This document shows, piece after piece, positions 57,087 through 64,000 of a stretch of DNA of 64,000 nucleotides (position 1 is the stretch's first letter; each line of letters opens with the position of its first letter). The notes under the pieces were generated by a model. That model saw only the letters and a list, made by a program, of their open reading frames with translations, searched no databases and was not told the origin of the DNA. Both the position numbers and the translations under genes were made by a program. Origin of the DNA: the human T2T-CHM13v2.0 reference genome, Homo sapiens; the NCBI RefSeq assembly GCF_009914755.1, contig NC_060936.1. One strand, 5' to 3'.

Positions 57087-57242
57087 AGGTCAGGGGCCGA
57101 GGTCAGGGGGCCGAGGTCAGGGGCCGAGGTCAGGGGCCGAGGTCAGGGGCCGAGGTCAGAGGGCCGAGGTCAGGGGCCGAGGTCAGAGGGCCGAGGTCAG
57201 GGGCCGAGGTCAGGGGCCGAGGTCAGGGGCCGAGGTCAGGGG
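57087..57242 (+). repeat. 13-14 bp minisatellite (AGGTCAGGGGCCG) x12
   Basis: 12 AGGTCA copies separated by GGGGCCG (8x), GAGGGCCG (2x) or GGGGGCCG (1x). Confidence 0.95.
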
Positions 57243-59784
57243 TAGCTGTTGCAAGGCTCCATGTGGCTTTCATAAGGACGCCTCTCCCGCGGCCCGTGTG
57301 GGGCTCCCTGGCTATCCTGCTGTCTCCAGGAGCAGCAACGGGGGAGGGGGGGGTCTGGGTACCTCCTCCTGCCTCCCACTCCTGCACTGATGGGCCGCTA
57401 GTTGGCTCCTGGGTGAAAGCTCATGGTTCAGCGAACTGCGCCATAGTATCTGTGGATGGCGCTGTGTCGCCCAGGCTGTGCCTCCCTGTGAGTCCCTGCC
57501 CAGCCAGGCCCAGACTCCAGGTCTGGCAGGCTGTCACTGTGAGGCACTGAGCTCTCGACAACAGAGCGGCTATCTTTCCTCGCCGGCCTGTGGGCTATGG
57601 CCTGTGCAGCAGCCAGGAAGGTGGGGAGCTCCGAGGAGCCCCTGTGTACTTTGACTTCCAGCCAGCGAGTGTTCATCCCCACCCCAGCGGCTCCCGGGGA
57701 AGGCTCCTGGGTGAAGCGGGTGGGGCCTGGTGGGCCCTTGGCGAGTGTCCACAGGACCCAACACCCTCCAGGGCCCGTCCTGCCCCCCACACTGTCCTGC
57801 TGCCCAGAAGCCTGGGAGTAAGCCCAGCCTCCCCAGGCCACAGCAGGCTTGCCCCAGACCCTGGAAGGAGCTGGGAACCTGGGCCTGGGCCATCCCTGTT
57901 TTCCTAAGCTGGGAGGGAAGCATGGCATCTGGGTGACCCTCCTGTGTGCCCGAGAAGCACTTGTTCTCCCCTGTCCCAACATCCCAGAGCTTCCAGGCGG
58001 ATGCTGAGCCCCCCAGGAAACCACCAGCCTGTGTCTTGGGCATCCCTGATGGTCCCCCAGCCCCAGGATGTGGGCCTTGCCGATGGCACAGCCTCGTTTC
58101 ACAGATGAGCAAACCGAGGGCAGACGAGGGCATCTCACCGGATTCTGTCTAGACCAGAACAGGAGCCCGGGCCTGTGGGAGGGCGCTGCAGCCTCACAGA
58201 CCGGCTGGGGGTGGGGGTGGGGAGCGGGCCTGTCTGGGGGCTTCCCGTGCCCAAGGTGGCCGCATGGCCAGGGCAGGTGAGCAATGACAGGTCCCCGTGT
58301 GCATGTGCCCGACCCCTTCCCTGGCCCTCCCCTGCCTTGCCAGCCCCCGTGGGACTGTGTGTGACCCAGTCTTCGGCAGTATCTCGCTCCCGCGTGGCTG
58401 GAAAGTCGGACTTCAGGGCCGCAGTCTGCCTTCTTGGCCGCGAGAGGCACTTCCCTTGCCCACTCCCCAGGCTGGCTGGAGTCCACAGGGCGCCACGACC
58501 GTTTCGATGTTCGAATAGCCCTGCAGCCAGAAAGACGAAGCTGCGAGCCTCAGGATGAACTGGTGGCTGCCACCATCTTCCCTTGGTGTCCAGCCCTGCA
58601 GCTCCGCGGGAGTGTCCTGGGCCTTGGCGGGGACTTCCCGAGCCGTCTCACCGCCCAGGCCCACGGGACGCCAGCCTATATCGGTCTGGGCTTTCACGGC
58701 TTCTGGTGTCTCCTGCCCAGCGCTTCCAGCTTGGGTGGACTTTAGGTGTTTTTTCAGCGGGACCCTTTGGCAAATGGTGCCCGGAGCTCTGGCTTCCCGG
58801 GCCAGCCTGTGAATTAGGCCTTGTCTGCTGCTGGCAGCCAGGTGGGGAGCGGGACCGGGCGGAAAGGGGCTGCCTTTGTCGGCGCCCACGTTCCAGGTGT
58901 GGCGGTATCCGGAGGGTTTGGCAGTGTCTTCATTCCGGGTTGACCCAAGAGAGATGCCGGGGCGGGGGCTCTGCCACAGCACAAAGGCTTTGCCTCTGAA
59001 ATAAGCCCTCCCTGCTCGATGGGTGAGGAGTTAGCCTTTCCTGGCAGCGCGTGGGTGGGTAACGGCAGCAGCAGGCTGCCTCTCTCTCCCTCCAGCCCTT
59101 CCACTTGTCTGGACAGAAGAAACACCTCCCCAAACCTTAGTGCTCATGTTTATGTCCCCTTCCACACTGGTGTCGTCCTCTCTCCTCCCCTGTGGCTACA
59201 TGTCACCCCCTCTTGCGGGAGAAGGGCCCTGGGGGTTCCTGTGCCTCATCTCACTCCCACAGGGCCCAGCACACAGTAGGTGCTCAGCAAACAAACACCT
59301 GCACGCACTTGGGAAAATGCCGAGCTTCAGATAACATCTTTTGGGGAGTGTGTATTATTTCTAGAAACATGGAATCATATAGAGTCTTGCAGCTGGGGTC
59401 AGTGTTGACTGAACGGTGAGCCATAGAAGATGAGGATGGGCCTGTCTTGTCACTGCCTTGTTTTTGTGAAGTGATTGTTCTGAAATGATGCTTGCTTGCT
59501 TCTGAAAGTAAGAAGTGTTGTTTTAGGTTAGAAGGGTGTGAGCTATACCTCTGTCCAGGGAGGTACCTCCACCCCAGACCTTCATGGGAAAGGAGGATCC
59601 CTCTTGCGGGCCCACTGGCACCCAGTGCCACCCCTGGGTTGGGCGCTGTTCCATGTGGCTGCTGGCTCTGACTCAGCTGTGCCGAAGCCTGGGAGGCGGG
59701 TCCTCCTAACGGCCCACTTCAGAGACGTGGAGGCTGTGGTGGCCCAGAGACGGGAAGTCATTGGCCCAAGTCACACAGCTTAGC

Positions 59785-60200
59785 AGTCTCCTTGGCTGCT
59801 GCAGCCAATTACCAAACACAGAGTGGCTTCAAACGGCATGAATTTGTTATCATCTTCCAGCTCTGGAGGTCAGGAGTCCCAGAATGATAAGCGTCAGCAG
59901 GACTGGTTCCTTCTGGAGGCTCAGAAAGAGTCCATTCCTGTGCCTGTTCTGGCTCCTAGAGGGGCCCGTGCTCCTTGGCTTGTGGCCCCTTCCTCCTCAT
60001 CAAAGCCGGCAGTGCAGCATCTTCTGGCCGTTCTCTGACTCTGACCCCCTGGAAAGCTGTGATGACATCAGGCCCACCTGGATGACCCAGGACCATATCC
60101 CATCTCAGAATTCTTAATCACATCTGCAAAGTCCCTTTTGCAGATATTCCCAGGTCCTGGGGGTTAGGGTGTGGACAGCTTTGGGGGCTGTTGTTCAGCA
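59785..60200 (-). mobile_element. MLT1 LTR
   Basis: ggctgctgcagccaattacca...tctggaggtcaggagtcc...aatcacatctgcaaagtcc. Confidence 0.75.
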
Positions 60201-60949
60201 TGCCACACCCAGGAAGGGAGCAGCTGCCTCTCTTTTGGGCCACTCACTCCGTGTCAATGCCAGGGAGAGATGGGGCCACCTCGAGGCCAGCTGCTGGGGG
60301 CTTTGAAGAATCTCCTGCTTCTTCAGTCCTTGATCCTCTCCCTGTGGTCCTCAGCCCTTGTTCTGGGGTGACCGTGACTAGCAGGGATGGGGCTCCTGGT
60401 GATGTTTGTCCACAGACTGCTGCCAAACTTGAGGACAGGTATGGGCCCATACTCGGGGCTCTCTGGGTTGGGGCAGGGACTGCTTTGCAGGTGTGGGGTC
60501 TCCCCTCCCCATAGTGCAGGGGCGGAGAGGTGCCAGGTCCTGGGCTTAGAGGTGATAAGGACTCCAGCCTTAGGGAGCTGCTTCTCTGGGGGTGACAGAC
60601 ACGCAAAGGGGTTATCGCGATGAAGGCCAGTAGATGGGTGCTCCCGTGTCCCCACAGAGGATGCCCCTAAGACTTGGAGAGGACACTGAGTTGGCTCTCA
60701 CCAGCCCAAGCGAGAAGCAGCCAGTGCAGCAGGGAACAGCGGGAACACCGAGGCAGCCTCGGGTCACAGACAAGGGGCCGAGACAGGAACAGGCAGAGGC
60801 CCGAGTGGGAATCCTTGAGCCTGTGTCGGGGGAGCCTGGAGCTGAGGGGGCAGCGATGAGACAGGCCCCTGGGCATGAAAGGCAGTGGAGGAGCGAGGGT
60901 GAGGGCCCGGGACCTGGAGCCGCACCAGCAGCGTTCCAGCCCTGACCTG

Positions 60950-61130
60950 CCTCTTCCAGCTGTGTGGCCTTGGGCAAATGACTTAGCCACTCTGGGCCTC
61001 GGTTTCCACATGTGGAAAATGGGGGTGCTGCCAGCAGCTGCGTGCTGGGGTTTTTTATAAGGATCAGATGAGTAGGATATGTGGCGAGTGCCCAGAATGG
61101 TGCCCGGCACAGTGAGAGTGCAAAAAGCTC
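60950..61130 (+). mobile_element. MIR
   Basis: agctgtgtggccttgggcaaatgactta...gcctcggtttccacatgtggaaaatgggg. Confidence 0.75.
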
Positions 61131-62089
61131 TGCATCCTCATTGTCCAGGCAGGTATGGGGGCGGCGGGGAGGGGACAGATGTAGGAGATATCAAGCTAGG
61201 TCCCTGCAGGACTTGGCTCTGAGTTCACAGTTCCCGCCCAGCCCGATGTCCACCCTCCACTCCCTCTGCCCGAGGCCGGTGTGCATGTGGTCACCATGGT
61301 TATAGGCTTGGCCCTCTGCGGCCCAGGCACGAGCACCAGTCTGGAGGAATAGGGTCCCCACCACCTGCTGTCCCCCGTGGGAGCCAGCTATCCCCTCTTC
61401 AGCCAAGAACAAAGCACTGAGCATCACCACGCACTAGACGCTGGGGTGTAAGGGATGCAGACCTTGCCTCCCCATCCGCGGGGGCATCGTGATCTGGGTA
61501 GGGCCAGAGAGCAGGGAGAGGGCCGCAAACCTAGAAATAAATGCGTAAGCAAAACCTGCTAAGTGCCGTGTCCCAGTGACGGGGTCAGGGAGGTGTCATG
61601 GCCGCTGCGCACGGTGCCCCACTGCCTCAGTCTCCAGTGGCCGTGAACCCTGGCTGCCCACTGCTGGCAGCTGTCCCCTTTCCTAGAGAGCTGTCCTTTG
61701 GGGGAAAGGGAGCTTCTTCCCCCAGGAGGTGACTCCCACCCCCAGGAGTGGGGCAGCCAGTGACCAGCAGCCTGCTCTCCCAGCTGGGACCAGTGCTGAG
61801 GCAGTCACACTCCTGCGCCCCTGGTGTGATGGGGCCAGGCTGGTCACAGCTGTGCCGTCGCCTTGCCTGGCTGACACCTGCTTAGCCCCTCTCTCCCATT
61901 CCCCTGGAAGGACTCCCCTCATAAACTGGTTTCACAAGATTTCCCATCCCGAGTCCCTGATCAAGATGGGAGGAGGCCAGGCTGGGGACCCACGGGTGGT
62001 CTCAGCCAGCCCCGGTGCCTTCACGGAGGGCTGGGCGGCGCAGGCCCCAGGGTTCGGGCTTGTCGACTTTTAGCATGTGGTTCTCTTGT

Positions 62090-63140
<1,051 letters not shown>

Positions 63141-63289
63141 TGAGGGCCTCTGCACACAGCAGGCAGTGGTCATTTGGGGCTGGGGCCGGCCCGCCGGCTG
63201 GAACCTCACCCACAGCCTGCGTCCCCCTAGGGTGGCCTGTGCAGGGTGCTTGCTGTGACAGTGAGCGTGTTCTGGATCTACCCCGGCCA

Positions 63290-63415
63290 GTGCGACAGCT
63301 GCCAGCGCGTGGCGGGTGCGACTGAGGAATGGCGTTTTTCAACCTACTGAATCGTAATGAATTTAAGTTGAATAGCCCCGTGCGGCTAGTGGCCCCTGTA
63401 TTAGAAGCCCTAGAA
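63290..63415. mobile_element. MER3/Charlie-like hAT relic
   Basis: actgaggaatg...aatagccccgtgcggctagtggcccctgtatta. Confidence 0.5.
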
Positions 63416-64000
63416 CAGGGTCCCAGGGCATGGCCTGCATGCCAGGGGGAGGCAGGGCTGAGGGCGTGCGGGTGTCCTGGGTGCTGTTTGTGGCTGTGTG
63501 GCCCTGGGGCCCAGTGGGGGCACTCCAGGACCTGTGGGCCCTGGGGCCACAGTGGACTCTGCTTCCCCCCCACCGATCACATCCCGAGTGGCACTGCACA
63601 GGGAAGCACTCCCTGATTACCTGGTGGTCAAACCCTTCTCGTGCCCTCATTGCCCTGTCGACCACAGCCCTCCTGACAGTTGGAATCTTAGTCCACTGGT
63701 GGGACACTGGTGGGAGCAGTGGGGGATTCAGGCAGCAAGCTGCGACGAGGCCAGGAGAGCCTCTGTTTGCCACCATGGCAGCAGTACAGAGCGCAGTGCC
63801 GGCACACAGTGGCGCGCAGTGGGTGAGCTGAACGAAAGGCGTTCTGCTGTGGCCGCGAGCATCTCTTCGCATCTGCACTCATGCTTTCTCCAAAGCTGTG
63901 CTATTCATACGCTCTGGGTCTATTATTCATAACCTCAGTGATGAACAAGCTATCTGAAAAATAGGCGGGTTATTTAAAGCCCCGCCCTTCACCTCCCTGA

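Noticed and set aside
57087-57242. Tandem arrays as CRISPR-like repeats
   Set aside because: Eukaryotic DNA; the units are head-to-tail without unique spacers.
57428-58486. 352-aa minus-strand ORF in RFLNA intron 1
   Set aside because: GC-rich intronic sequence, no recognisable domain, near-cognate start and no supporting gene structure.

Overview
Human (primate) genomic DNA from a GC-rich, Alu/MLT1/MIR/L2-dense region. The only protein-coding sequence I can support is the first coding exon of RFLNA (refilin A / FAM101A), ATG 49664 to splice donor 49871. It lies in a CpG island and encodes MVGHLHLQGM...DSPDSGLPPS...PSEARA. From memory this places the window at 12q24.31, between ZNF664 and NCOR2. 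The first ~43 kb would then be upstream sequence (also intronic to the ZNF664-RFLNA read-through), and 49871-64000 is RFLNA intron 1; exon 2 is not in the window. A short non-coding exon with a perfect GAG|GTGAGT donor sits ~6 kb upstream at 43527-43603. The other ORFs in the track are explained by Alus, microsatellites or GC-rich sequence. Structures not explained by ordinary annotation: (1) a ~464-bp fold-back inverted repeat at 34939-35402 with a near-perfect core; (2) a degenerate interstitial telomere (CCCTAA)n array inserted into an old L1 at 21590-21786; (3) a 13-bp intronic minisatellite carrying 12 perfect AGGTCA nuclear-receptor half-sites at 57087-57238; (4) an exon layout that could either include or skip the exon encoding the DSG/PEST degron. 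Repeat subfamily names and boundaries are by-eye and approximate, and no database search was run.
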